From a virus (lineage: Duplodnaviria > Caudoviricetes), in the IMG/VR virus record IMGVR_UViG_3300025120_009952, positions 1,147 to 65,146 of that record: a stretch of DNA of 64,000 bases; one strand, given 5' to 3'. Made by a program: the position numbers and the translations under genes. The notes under the pieces were generated by a model that was given only the letters and a program-made list of their open reading frames with translations, ran no database searches and had not been told where the DNA came from. Below are positions 1-8,668 of the stretch, in pieces. Numbering within the stretch: the stretch's first letter is position 1; each line of letters opens with the position of its first letter.

Positions 1-462
1 GGCATATACAACACACTAAAAGAACAAGACAACTTGCCAGGCTCTATGACGTTTGAAACTAACGGCACACAGATATTGAGACAACCATTCATAGATTGGG
101 TAAATGAAATAGACACAGAAGTTTTCTTTTCTTGTAGTCCTAAACTGTTTACAGTGTCAGGTGAACAAACAGCAAAAGCAATCAAACCAGAAATTGTTGC
201 TGAGTATCACAAACTATCCAAAGCAGGACAACTAAAATTTGTAGTAGGTCCATTACAACGTGAATGGGATGAGATGGAAGAAGCGATAGAAAAGTTTAGA
301 TCAGCGGGTGTTGAATGGCCGGTATGGGTTATGCCAACTGGTGCAAGAGAAGAAGAACAGACTGCGACAGCAGGTGACGTGGCACAGAAAGCATTTCAAA
401 GAGGTTATAATGTTGCGGCAAGGGTGCATGTATATCTCTTTGGTAACAAGATAGGAACATAA
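1..462 (+). CDS. queE: 7-carboxy-7-deazaguanine synthase (QueE-like radical SAM), C-terminal part; 5' end lies outside the window
   Basis: Frame is open from base 1. Motifs TFETNGT, SCSPKL, LKFVV, VWVMP and R-x-H-x-x-x-F-G-N match the QueE C-terminal half. Confidence 0.8.
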   Translation, partial: GIYNTLKEQDNLPGSMTFETNGTQILRQPFIDWVNEIDTEVFFSCSPKLFTVSGEQTAKAIKPEIVAEYHKLSKAGQLKFVVGPLQREWDEMEEAIEKFRSAGVEWPVWVMPTGAREEEQTATAGDVAQKAFQRGYNVAARVHVYLFGNKIGT

Positions 463-791
463 TGCAAAAAATTATAAACGTGTGGTTCGAAGCAGAAGAC
501 ATTGCTTTGCAATTTTCACAAACACGCATGTACGATATTGGTGCAAGAATTATGAAAACTATAGTATTGTTTTCAGTATGTGTCATCGGACTACTGTATG
601 TGCTGGTAGGCAAGGTCACAGGTTATGCAATGAATAGACTCCGCGACGTTGAAACAAAACCAACACCAATAATACCAAAAACTATCACAGCAGATTCAAA
701 TTACACAGAAAACGGATTACCAGAAGAACTTAGTAGAAAAGGCGAAGGTATGTCAGAAAACGACTATGAAAATCTTAGAAAGGTGTTATAA
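462..791 (+). CDS. hypothetical membrane protein
   Basis: TAATG coupling to queE; one hydrophobic segment (IVLFSVCVIGLLYVLV). Confidence 0.55.
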   Translation: MQKIINVWFEAEDIALQFSQTRMYDIGARIMKTIVLFSVCVIGLLYVLVGKVTGYAMNRLRDVETKPTPIIPKTITADSNYTENGLPEELSRKGEGMSENDYENLRKVL

Positions 792-792
792 T
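784..792 (+). promoter_or_regulatory. extended -10 promoter (TGnTATAAT) 5 nt upstream of the ATG at 798
   Basis: TGTTATAAT at 784-792, then AAAGT-ATG; no SD. Confidence 0.4.
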
Positions 793-797
793 AAAGT

Positions 798-1151
798 ATG
801 CTTGAAAAAATGAAGAACATGTTTAAAGGCAAAGACAAAAAAGAATCCGCGCCTGAGAACAAAGAAAAAACAAAAGCAACTAAGAACAAGGAACCTTGGA
901 TAAGTGTGTTGACCACACATGTTGATAAAACAAATCCTAAGAATGGTTTCTTTGAATTAGATTGGAATGAGTACTTTGTACAATCATTGAAGTTGAATGG
1001 GTACAGAGGTGCGACAGACGAAGAAGTAGTAGATAAATGGTTTCAAGACTTATGTAGAAATGTTGCCAGTGACACTGGTACAGACGATGTCGGTGGATCT
1101 GGTTATGTAAACAAAGTTTTGAGAGATGATGGCAAAACGGAGGTTTCGTGA
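798..1151 (+). CDS. hypothetical phage protein
   Basis: 117-aa ORF; GTGA overlap with the next gene; globular core (GFFELDWNEYF). Confidence 0.7.
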   Translation: MLEKMKNMFKGKDKKESAPENKEKTKATKNKEPWISVLTTHVDKTNPKNGFFELDWNEYFVQSLKLNGYRGATDEEVVDKWFQDLCRNVASDTGTDDVGGSGYVNKVLRDDGKTEVS

Positions 1152-2119
1152 CTTATATAATTGTTGATACAGCAAACACTTTTTTTAGAGCAAGACACAT
1201 AGTAAAAGACAACAATCCAGACACTAAAGTTGGATTGGCTATGCATATCATATTAAATTCTGTTAAGAAAGCATGGACTGATTTTGATGGTGCCCATGTA
1301 GTATTTTGTCTGGAAGGACGTTCTTGGCGTAAGGATCACTACACAAAATACAAGGCAAACAGAGCATTGGCCCGTGCGGCACTGACAGAACGAGAGCAAG
1401 AAGCAGATCAAATATTTTGGGAATCATATGATACATTCTGTGACTTTGTGAAAGACAAAACAAATTGCACTGTGCTACAACACAAACAACTAGAAGCAGA
1501 CGATTTAATTGCTGGTTGGATACAACAACATCCACAGGATCAGCATGTGATCATATCTTCCGATTCAGATTTCGCACAGTTGATCTCTCCAAACGTAAGA
1601 CAGTATAATGGCATATCAAACACACTTACAACCACAGAAGGATACTTTACTGACAAAGGTACTGCTATTGTGGATAAGAAGACAGGAGAACCAAAGAAGG
1701 CACCCAACCCAGAATGGTTGTTATTTGAAAAATGTATGCGTGGTGATCCTACAGACAACGTATTTTCAGCATTTCCTAAGGTGCGTAAGAACAAGTTACT
1801 AGAAGCATTCGAAGACAGAAGCAATCAAGGATTTGTGTGGAATAACATCATGCTGAGCAGATGGGTAGACCATGAAGGCAACGAACATAGAGTGAAAGAG
1901 GATTACGAGCGAAATAAGGAACTAATCGACCTTACTCGCCAGCCAGATCACATAAAACAGATAATTATAGATACTATAAAAGAAGCGACATCGACTCCTA
2001 AGAGTTCGCCACAGGTAGGCATATATTTGATGAAGTTTTGTCATTTATTTGATCTACAAAAGATACAAGATCTTGCTGGGCAGTATGCCGCTCCACTCAA
2101 CGGGAGATATGGAACGTGA
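1148..2119 (+). CDS. rnh: RNase H / 5'-3' flap exonuclease (T4 Rnh-like)
   Basis: N-terminal IIVD, SWRK..Y..YKANR, EADDLI, IISSDSDFAQL and GDPTDNV are the acidic motifs of the FEN/T4 RNase H family. Confidence 0.88.
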   Translation: MTYIIVDTANTFFRARHIVKDNNPDTKVGLAMHIILNSVKKAWTDFDGAHVVFCLEGRSWRKDHYTKYKANRALARAALTEREQEADQIFWESYDTFCDFVKDKTNCTVLQHKQLEADDLIAGWIQQHPQDQHVIISSDSDFAQLISPNVRQYNGISNTLTTTEGYFTDKGTAIVDKKTGEPKKAPNPEWLLFEKCMRGDPTDNVFSAFPKVRKNKLLEAFEDRSNQGFVWNNIMLSRWVDHEGNEHRVKEDYERNKELIDLTRQPDHIKQIIIDTIKEATSTPKSSPQVGIYLMKFCHLFDLQKIQDLAGQYAAPLNGRYGT

Positions 2120-2583
2120 GTCAGATAAAAACAGTAAAGGACAACGCAAGTTGGATCATCACAGACACTACAGATAATAGTAAGGTGGGGTCTATAGTTA
2201 AGACACCGAACGACAAATATGAAGTAAGAATTAAAGGCACAGGAAAAATATTTTCCAAACACGATATTGTTAAAAGTTTTGGTTCAGAATTATTTAGAGA
2301 ACGTCTACCATACTTAACAGAAAAAGATGACGCTAATGTTGTATATGATTACGACAGTTGTTGTGAGCCTTATAACAAAATGTGGTATGTAAAATTTAAA
2401 CTTCCTTTATACACAAAAGAAAAAAAGTCAAAAAGTTATTATTGTGCAGGAAATTATCTAATAAACAAAAAAGGTTGGCAAGAAGAATTTTGTCCAAAAC
2501 TTATCACACTAGAAAAATATAAATTTCATGGGCCTTTCACTAATGTGTACCAAATGAAAGCATTCCAGAAAAAGTATTTGTAA
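2116..2583 (+). CDS. hypothetical phage protein
   Basis: 155-aa ORF coupled (GTGA) to rnh. Confidence 0.7.
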   Translation: MSQIKTVKDNASWIITDTTDNSKVGSIVKTPNDKYEVRIKGTGKIFSKHDIVKSFGSELFRERLPYLTEKDDANVVYDYDSCCEPYNKMWYVKFKLPLYTKEKKSKSYYCAGNYLINKKGWQEEFCPKLITLEKYKFHGPFTNVYQMKAFQKKYL

Positions 2584-2584
2584 G

Positions 2585-2809
2585 ATGAACACTGTACAAA
2601 TTGAAAAATTCATTAGTCTTGTGAACGCAAACGAGCAAACCCGACAGCCTGAATTGAGAATGAAGATGCATGATGCAAAACAACTACGTGATGCTATCAG
2701 TAGCATGTTGACCTATGTTGTTAAAAAACAAGACGAATTGATAGATACACAAAAGAAACTGAATGATGCACAGACCATCACAGTTGAGATGAACGGAGAA
2801 AAATTTTAA
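2585..2809 (+). CDS. hypothetical protein (short coiled coil)
   Basis: 74-aa ORF in operon; TAATG coupling to glutaredoxin. Confidence 0.65.
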   Translation: MNTVQIEKFISLVNANEQTRQPELRMKMHDAKQLRDAISSMLTYVVKKQDELIDTQKKLNDAQTITVEMNGEKF

Positions 2810-3030
2810 TGGAAGTAATTGTTTACAGCAAACCAGCATGTGGCTATTGTGTAATGGCCAAAAACTTACTAAACTCAAAGGGTATCGAGTTCGAAGAAAA
2901 ATATCTTGATAACCCAACAGCGATAAAAGAATTTATTGCAGAACACCCAACAAAACGCACTATGCCACAGATTTGGATGGATGGCGAGCATGTTGGCGGC
3001 TTTCGAGAACTAAAAGCAAAATTATCATAA
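2809..3030 (+). CDS. glutaredoxin (NrdH/Grx-like)
   Basis: YSKPACGYC active site, TMPQI cis-Pro motif, VGGF. Confidence 0.92.
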   Translation: MEVIVYSKPACGYCVMAKNLLNSKGIEFEEKYLDNPTAIKEFIAEHPTKRTMPQIWMDGEHVGGFRELKAKLS

Positions 3031-3032
3031 AC

Positions 3033-3055
3033 TACTCATATTACTATGGTAAATA
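3033..3055 (+). promoter_or_regulatory. putative late-type promoter (TACTCA...TAAATA)
   Basis: Intergenic TACTCA 3033-3038 and TAAATA 3050-3055, 12 nt before the ATG at 3068. Confidence 0.45.
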
Positions 3056-3067
3056 TAGTAGCACATT

Positions 3068-3355
3068 ATGAGCAGACCAAAACCAAAAGTACTGCTGTCC
3101 AAGACAGACAGAAACACATACAAGACTGAAGAAGTCTTAGAATCAACGGCCATATGGGCAGTATTCTTTGACGGCAAACCTATCAACTTAAAAACTTCAA
3201 CCATGGCCTCTGCACATCCTGGACCAAAATATAAAAAAGTTTCTTTTTCAAATCCTGGACACGCACTTAACCTTTCTAAAAAATTGAATCAAACATTCGG
3301 CTCAGACAAGTTTCAAGTTTACCAACTAAGCACTGGCAAGAAGATACATGGCTGA
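3068..3355 (+). CDS. hypothetical basic phage protein
   Basis: 95-aa ORF (MSRPKP..., KYKKVSFSNPGHA). Confidence 0.7.
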   Translation: MSRPKPKVLLSKTDRNTYKTEEVLESTAIWAVFFDGKPINLKTSTMASAHPGPKYKKVSFSNPGHALNLSKKLNQTFGSDKFQVYQLSTGKKIHG

Positions 3356-3581
3356 TGCAAGTTACAACATAGAGTACGATCGCCTTAGACTAATTAATAC
3401 AATCGAAGTGTTAGAAGATACCATAGAATGGTTCAAGCCACAAATCGAACCTCATGACTGTGGGTGGATGCACGACACCATCAGCGGAATCAAACACAGG
3501 ATATATGAAGCAAGGAAGGAATTGAAACAACTTGATAAGCCGGAAAAAACAACTAAGCATAGCCTTCCTAAAAAGTCATAA
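3348..3581 (+). CDS. hypothetical protein
   Basis: 77-aa ORF overlapping both neighbours. Confidence 0.5.
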   Translation: MADASYNIEYDRLRLINTIEVLEDTIEWFKPQIEPHDCGWMHDTISGIKHRIYEARKELKQLDKPEKTTKHSLPKKS

Positions 3582-3897
3582 AGCAGATTACTCACAAAAA
3601 GACTTTGACAAGATGTGGAAAATGGTGTGGAGAAACATCAGAGAAGAAAATCCCTCCATGCGTCTTACCAAGGGTGGATATCAATTTCTAAAAAACTCCC
3701 TAGAACTTAAAGACTATATGGTCAAACTCAAACGAGAATGCAAACTTAAACCTGAGATATTGCTAGGATTAGACAAGTTCATAACATGTCCATACTACAT
3801 CACCAACAAGGAGATATACGTTTTTGAGGAGAAATTGGCATCAGAATTGGTGCTAAGAGCGGGTGATCTTGATATTTTAATTGTGAGCAGACGTTAA
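3532..3897 (+). CDS. hypothetical protein
   Basis: 121-aa ORF; TTG start uncertain. Confidence 0.6.
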   Translation: MISRKKQLSIAFLKSHKADYSQKDFDKMWKMVWRNIREENPSMRLTKGGYQFLKNSLELKDYMVKLKRECKLKPEILLGLDKFITCPYYITNKEIYVFEEKLASELVLRAGDLDILIVSRR

Positions 3898-3936
3898 GTC
3901 ATTGATATTACAGCATTTTTTATTTGCCAGATCGTA

Positions 3937-3990
3937 TTGACATTTTGACGGTTGATAGTATTATATTACTATAACAACTAAACAAAGGAG
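3937..3990 (+). promoter_or_regulatory. sigma70-type early promoter and SD of the MoxR gene
   Basis: TTGACA 3937-3942 (second TTGACG 3945-3950), AT-rich -10 candidates at 3959-3975, AAGGAG 3985-3990. Confidence 0.6.
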
Positions 3991-3998
3991 TCAGTGAG

Positions 3999-5090
3999 AT
4001 GGCAAAAGACATAAGTCAAACTAGAACAGTAAGTCCACAAGAGGCTAAAACTGCAATCACACATTGTTTAGGTTTACAGAGACCAATTATGGTATGGGGT
4101 GCACCAGGTATTGGTAAATCCGATGTTGTAAAACAGATTGGTACTGAATCTAAACGTGAAGTAATCGATATTAGATTACCATTATGGGAACCTACAGATA
4201 TTAAAGGTATTCCTTTTTTCAATCAAAAATTAAACACTATGGAATGGGCGCCTCCGGCAGAACTTCCAAGTGATCCTAAAAGTACAGCGATATTATTCTT
4301 AGACGAATTGAATGCCGCTCCTCCAAGTGTACAGGCGGCGGCTTATCAACTTATTCTTAACAGAAGAGTTGGTACTTACCAACTACCAGAAGGCGTTTCG
4401 ATAGTGGCCGCTGGTAACCGTGAAACAGACAAAGGTGTTACTTACAGAATGCCTGCTCCGTTGGCAAACAGATTTGTCCACTTAGAGATGAGAGTCGACT
4501 TTGAGGACTGGGCAATGTGGGCCACAGAAAATCATATCAATCCACAAGTGGTTGGTTATTGTTCGTTTGCGAAACAAGACTTATATGATTTCGATCCTAA
4601 GAGCGGTAGCAGATCGTTTGCAACACCAAGAAGTTGGGCCTTTGTGTCACAACTGTTAACAGATACCCTGTCAGATAATACTCTCACTGACCTTGTGGCA
4701 GGGGCAGTAGGTGAAGGTTTGGCAATGAAGTTTATGGCACATCGAAAGATTGCTTCTGACTTGCCAAACCCTACTGACATACTTTCTGGTAAAACTAAGA
4801 AGATGAGTTCCACAGAAGTAAGTGCCCAATATTCACTTACAATATCATTGTGTTACGAACTGCAAGAAGCATATGATAAGATGAAAGAGAAGAAACTTGT
4901 AGACTGGCACAAGATGGCAGATTGTTTTTTCAGGTTTATGATGGACAACTTCCAAACTGAACTAGTTGTTATGGGTGCCAAGGTTGCACTTACAAATTAC
5001 CAATTACCGTTCGATCCGAGCAAGTTGAAATCATTCGATGAGTTCCACGAAAAATTCGGCAAGTATGTTCTTGCTAGTGTTGATCAGTAA
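3999..5090 (+). CDS. MoxR-family AAA+ ATPase
   Basis: Walker A GAPGIGKS, Walker B ILFLDE, AAGN sensor I, PLANRF arginine finger, TPRSW. Confidence 0.9.
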   Translation: MAKDISQTRTVSPQEAKTAITHCLGLQRPIMVWGAPGIGKSDVVKQIGTESKREVIDIRLPLWEPTDIKGIPFFNQKLNTMEWAPPAELPSDPKSTAILFLDELNAAPPSVQAAAYQLILNRRVGTYQLPEGVSIVAAGNRETDKGVTYRMPAPLANRFVHLEMRVDFEDWAMWATENHINPQVVGYCSFAKQDLYDFDPKSGSRSFATPRSWAFVSQLLTDTLSDNTLTDLVAGAVGEGLAMKFMAHRKIASDLPNPTDILSGKTKKMSSTEVSAQYSLTISLCYELQEAYDKMKEKKLVDWHKMADCFFRFMMDNFQTELVVMGAKVALTNYQLPFDPSKLKSFDEFHEKFGKYVLASVDQ

Positions 5091-5097
5091 ACAAATA

Positions 5098-5115
5098 CGG
5101 GGGTTTTTACCCCCG
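5098..5115 (+). terminator. GC hairpin after moxR (terminator or processing site)
   Basis: CGGGGGT-TTTT-ACCCCCG perfect 7-bp stem; no long U tail. Confidence 0.5.
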
Positions 5116-5116
5116 G

Positions 5117-5144
5117 TTGACAAATACCAAACAGAAATTATAAT
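5117..5144 (+). promoter_or_regulatory. consensus sigma70 promoter, predicted leaderless transcript
   Basis: TTGACA 5117-5122, 16-nt spacer, TATAAT 5139-5144, then 6 nt and the ATG at 5151. Confidence 0.7.
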
Positions 5145-5150
5145 AGTATT

Positions 5151-6383
5151 ATGAGCAAGGTAGCAGTGAAACAAAAACAAACTAAAGTAGATAAACAAAA
5201 AGTACTAGAAAAACTAACTGGGGCAAGAATTGCCCTTTTACTTAAACAACCATTCTTTGGTAACATGGCAACTAGAATGCAATTACAAGAAGCAGACTGG
5301 TGTCCAACAGCGGCCACAGATGGCAAACATTTTTATTACAATCCGGAATTTATAGATCAACTTAGTCCAAAGGAAACAGAATTTTTAATTGGACATGAGG
5401 TACTTCATATTGTGTTCGATCACTTCCTTAGACAGGACATGAGAGAAAAACAACCATGGAACATATCGGCCGACTATGCAGTCAACATTGTGTTGCACGA
5501 TGAGAACGTAGGCGAAATGCCACAAGGTGATAATAAAGGATTACTCGATAGCAAGTACAGAGGATGGAACGCAGAACGTATCTATGAAGACGTTATGGGA
5601 GATCCTCAGAAACAGAATCAACAAACAATGGACGTTCATATTGATTGGGAGAATGGTAAGGCTACTATCAGAGATAAAGATGGTAAAGAAATACAAGTAG
5701 AACTAGAGATGGACAGAGATGAAATGAAAAAGATCAAAGATGATGTCCGTGCTGGTGTACTACAGTCGGCTCAGGTAGCAGGTAACAGCAAGACCCCGAA
5801 AGCAATTAGAAGTCTTATACAAGATCTGACAGAGCCTGTAATTGACTGGCGTGAACTACTTAGACAGCAGGTACAAAGTGTGATTAAGAATGATTACTCG
5901 TTTACAAGAATAAACAGAAAAACACAACATTCAGGTATTGTGTTGCCAGGTCTACTTAACGATGAAACAATAGATATTGCCATTGCAATTGATACAAGTG
6001 GTTCAATTGAAGAAGAGAAACTAAAAGACTTCATGTCAGAAGTTAAAGGCATTATGGAAGAATACCAAGACTACAAAATGAAGGTTTGGTGTTTTGATAC
6101 TGGTGTGCATAATCCACAAGACTTTGAAGCAAATGATGGTAACGACATTATGGATTACGAACCTGCTGGATTTGGTGGTACCGACTTTATGGTCAACTGG
6201 GAATACATGAAACAAGAAAACTATGAACCTAAGAAACTGATAGTGTTCACAGATGGTGAAACATGGAACGAGTGGGGTGATGAATCTTATTGCGACACTT
6301 GTTGGATCATACACAGTTTCTATTCCGAAAACAAACCTAAGCCACCGTTTGGTGCATATTCATATTATGATAAAAAGATTTAG
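5151..6383 (+). CDS. DUF2201-type metallopeptidase + VWA domain protein (MoxR partner)
   Basis: TAATDG, HEVLH (HExxH), WNISADY; C-terminal MIDAS DTSGS, GGTDF, FTDG. Confidence 0.88.
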   Translation: MSKVAVKQKQTKVDKQKVLEKLTGARIALLLKQPFFGNMATRMQLQEADWCPTAATDGKHFYYNPEFIDQLSPKETEFLIGHEVLHIVFDHFLRQDMREKQPWNISADYAVNIVLHDENVGEMPQGDNKGLLDSKYRGWNAERIYEDVMGDPQKQNQQTMDVHIDWENGKATIRDKDGKEIQVELEMDRDEMKKIKDDVRAGVLQSAQVAGNSKTPKAIRSLIQDLTEPVIDWRELLRQQVQSVIKNDYSFTRINRKTQHSGIVLPGLLNDETIDIAIAIDTSGSIEEEKLKDFMSEVKGIMEEYQDYKMKVWCFDTGVHNPQDFEANDGNDIMDYEPAGFGGTDFMVNWEYMKQENYEPKKLIVFTDGETWNEWGDESYCDTCWIIHSFYSENKPKPPFGAYSYYDKKI

Positions 6384-6642
6384 TAAAAACGGTCTGCCTC
6401 TTAAGATCACAGCAGAGTGGACCAATGACGACTATTACGAAGAAAGATACTTTGGCAAAGATCATCCAATGGTGACCAATGTCCAAGGCTGGTTGGTAAG
6501 GATTAATGGAGTTAAATTTCCAAGACCACAAGTTGGTTTAGATGGTGATTTAGATTATTCATATCGATGGACATTAAAGCCAACAGAAGAAGGCAAACTG
6601 GTAGCAGTTGAGAAAGCAGTGAGTGAATATGAACAAAATTAA
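6367..6642 (+). CDS. hypothetical protein
   Basis: In-frame ATG at 6367 preferred over the ORF-track start 6253, which lies deep inside the VWA gene. Confidence 0.55.
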   Translation: MIKRFSKNGLPLKITAEWTNDDYYEERYFGKDHPMVTNVQGWLVRINGVKFPRPQVGLDGDLDYSYRWTLKPTEEGKLVAVEKAVSEYEQN

Positions 6643-7138
6643 ATTTATACTTTCAATATTTTTTGTGTTCGGGTGTGTAGGTGTTGCCCAAGGAAACTGG
6701 ACATTAGACGCAGAAGACCAAGAATGCCTTGCAAAGAACATATACTTTGAAGCAAAGAATCAGCCATTAATGGGACAATTGGCAGTTGCCATTGTTGTAA
6801 TGAACAGAGTAGAAGATAAAAGATTTCCAAACACAGTATGCGAAGTCGTGCAACAAGGACCAACGTTGGCATGGACAGAAAACTTTCCTGTTAAAAACAG
6901 ATGTCAATTCAGTTGGTACTGTGATGGTAAATCAGATAATCCTAAACATCAGGGCAAATGGGAGAATAGTTTATCGGTTGCGAGTCTTGTACTTGCATAC
7001 AAAGAAAACATAAGAGACATTGCATTCCTGTTAGATGGTGCTACCCACTATCACGCAGATTATGTTTTTCCCGAATGGCGTAAGTCGAAACAAAAGATTG
7101 TGCAGATAGGCAATCATATTTTTTACAAATGGACCTAG
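6629..7138 (+). CDS. cell wall hydrolase, SleB/Hydrolase_2 family
   Basis: Signal peptide; CLAKNIYFEA, GQLAVA.VVMNRV, FPNTVCEVV, CQFSWYCDG, GATHYHA, IGNHIFY. Confidence 0.9.
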   Translation: MNKIKFILSIFFVFGCVGVAQGNWTLDAEDQECLAKNIYFEAKNQPLMGQLAVAIVVMNRVEDKRFPNTVCEVVQQGPTLAWTENFPVKNRCQFSWYCDGKSDNPKHQGKWENSLSVASLVLAYKENIRDIAFLLDGATHYHADYVFPEWRKSKQKIVQIGNHIFYKWT

Positions 7139-7503
7139 ACAAACACAAATTGAACTTCTTACAACAAAACATCAGTCGTGCCAAGAACAGAGGCAAGAAG
7201 ACTTGGGTGCATGAAGTATCCAAATTTGATGTTTATGAAGTCGGCGAAGCACAGAATTGGCTGTGTGCAATCACTGGTGAAGTATTGGAATTTGTAAGAG
7301 GTGGGTCCAATTGGCAGAACAAATGGTGCAATCCACAGTCATGTACTATAGATAGAATAGATCCTAGCAAAGGTTACGTTAAAGGCAACATTCAACTGTT
7401 GACGCATAGGGCAAACACCTGGAAAAGTAATTTCACTCATGAGGAGTTAGAAGATATCAGCAGAAAGTTTTTAAATACAGTATGTTCAAATTCACAGTCA
7501 TAA
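7129..7503 (+). CDS. HNH/His-Me endonuclease-like protein
   Basis: CAITG...TIDRIDPSKGYVKGNIQL...N..K motif of phage HNH-type nucleases. Confidence 0.7.
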   Translation: MDLDKHKLNFLQQNISRAKNRGKKTWVHEVSKFDVYEVGEAQNWLCAITGEVLEFVRGGSNWQNKWCNPQSCTIDRIDPSKGYVKGNIQLLTHRANTWKSNFTHEELEDISRKFLNTVCSNSQS

Positions 7504-7769
7504 TATTATTATTGTTTATACTTTTAAATGTTTGTTCAGGATGTGTGGCAGTGCCAGGCGTAGTGAGTGCAGTAGCAATTCCGGCCGCTGAAGGATACAG
7601 CACATTTAAAACTATAAGCACAACAAAAGCAGTAGTTGACCTTACACTGGCGGCATCAGATAAGAAAACTACCAACGACATTGTGTTGAGTGAGTTAACC
7701 GGCAAAGATTGTAAACTACAAGACACATTCGAAAGAGGAACGATTTGTGAGAGCATTAATAATAGGTAA
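7482..7769 (+). CDS. putative lipoprotein
   Basis: Hydrophobic N-terminus ending in lipobox-like VCSGC. Confidence 0.55.
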   Translation: MFKFTVIILLLFILLNVCSGCVAVPGVVSAVAIPAAEGYSTFKTISTTKAVVDLTLAASDKKTTNDIVLSELTGKDCKLQDTFERGTICESINNR

Positions 7770-8295
7770 CTCAACATCTAGAGATATAGTTGATCTCACA
7801 GTGCCATGGATCGGTAAACAATTTTCAATATATGGTTGCAATGCCTTGTATCGTGACTTCCACCCCCATAGGTTAATTGTAACAGACAAACCTATGCTGA
7901 AAGAGATCATAGACTCTGGATATCACAAAGATCGAAAGGTTTACACACTGCCCAGTGTAAACGAACATTTTGAGAATAAGGTCATCACATTACCAAATCA
8001 GATCGAAGAAGTATGCCCAAGTGGCATCCGTGCAGTAAGATTAGCATTAGAAGAACACAGAGAAATTTACATGATGGGCATGGACTTTACCAACGACAAC
8101 CAGTATGCAGGTACTCCTACATACGCAGATCACTGGGATTTTGACAAGTATATACCCATGTTTGAACACATTATACAACGGTATGACAACTGTATTTTCT
8201 ACAGAATTGGTGCTCAAAAACGCAATATTACGCCTCACAGCAACTTTAAAGAGTTAACTGTACAACAATTCACCCAAAAATTTAAACCCAATTAA
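7747..8295 (+). CDS. Maf/DUF115/sialyltransferase-like Rossmann protein
   Basis: LIIGNSTSR, YGCNALYRDF.P..L.VTD, SG..A..LA, IYMMGMDF. Confidence 0.6.
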   Translation: MRALIIGNSTSRDIVDLTVPWIGKQFSIYGCNALYRDFHPHRLIVTDKPMLKEIIDSGYHKDRKVYTLPSVNEHFENKVITLPNQIEEVCPSGIRAVRLALEEHREIYMMGMDFTNDNQYAGTPTYADHWDFDKYIPMFEHIIQRYDNCIFYRIGAQKRNITPHSNFKELTVQQFTQKFKPN

Positions 8296-8296
8296 G

Positions 8297-8362
8297 TACG
8301 CACATAATTACATTGACATCGACGGGTGTCATTTGTTATAATTTATAATAAACCTATAGGAG
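8297..8362 (+). promoter_or_regulatory. strong sigma70 promoter with operator-like inverted repeat, upstream TACGCA box and SD
   Basis: TACGCA 8297-8302; TTGACA 8313-8318; TGtTATAAT 8334-8342 (18-nt spacer); TGACATC-gacg-GGTGTCA inverted repeat; AGGAG before the ATG at 8369. Confidence 0.65.
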
Positions 8363-8368
8363 ACAGAT

Positions 8369-8668
8369 ATGTCAGAAGACCAAAAACCAGCAGAAACACC
8401 TGCTGAACAACCAACACCAGATACTCCACCGACAGGATTGTCAGTTGGAGATTTACAAAACATTGCAATGATATTTGATGTTGCATCTAGAAGAGGTGCT
8501 TTCAAGGCCGACGAGATGGCAACAGTTGGAACAGTATACAACAAACTGAAAGCCTTCCTAGATACACTACCAAAACCAGAAGGTGAACCAGCACCAACGC
8601 CACAGACACCAGCAACTGAAATGCCTGCTGATGCACCGGCTATCGAACCGCAAGGAGAAAACAAGTAA
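8369..8668 (+). CDS. hypothetical protein with Pro/Thr/Glu-rich termini
   Basis: Good SD; core DL....FDVAS.RGAFKA.E...VG..YNKL..FL. Confidence 0.75.
   Translation: MSEDQKPAETPAEQPTPDTPPTGLSVGDLQNIAMIFDVASRRGAFKADEMATVGTVYNKLKAFLDTLPKPEGEPAPTPQTPATEMPADAPAIEPQGENK

Noticed and set aside
3893-3925. TAAGTCATTGATATT...TTTTTTATTT segment as a terminator or recombination site
   Set aside because: No convincing stem and no second copy in the window.
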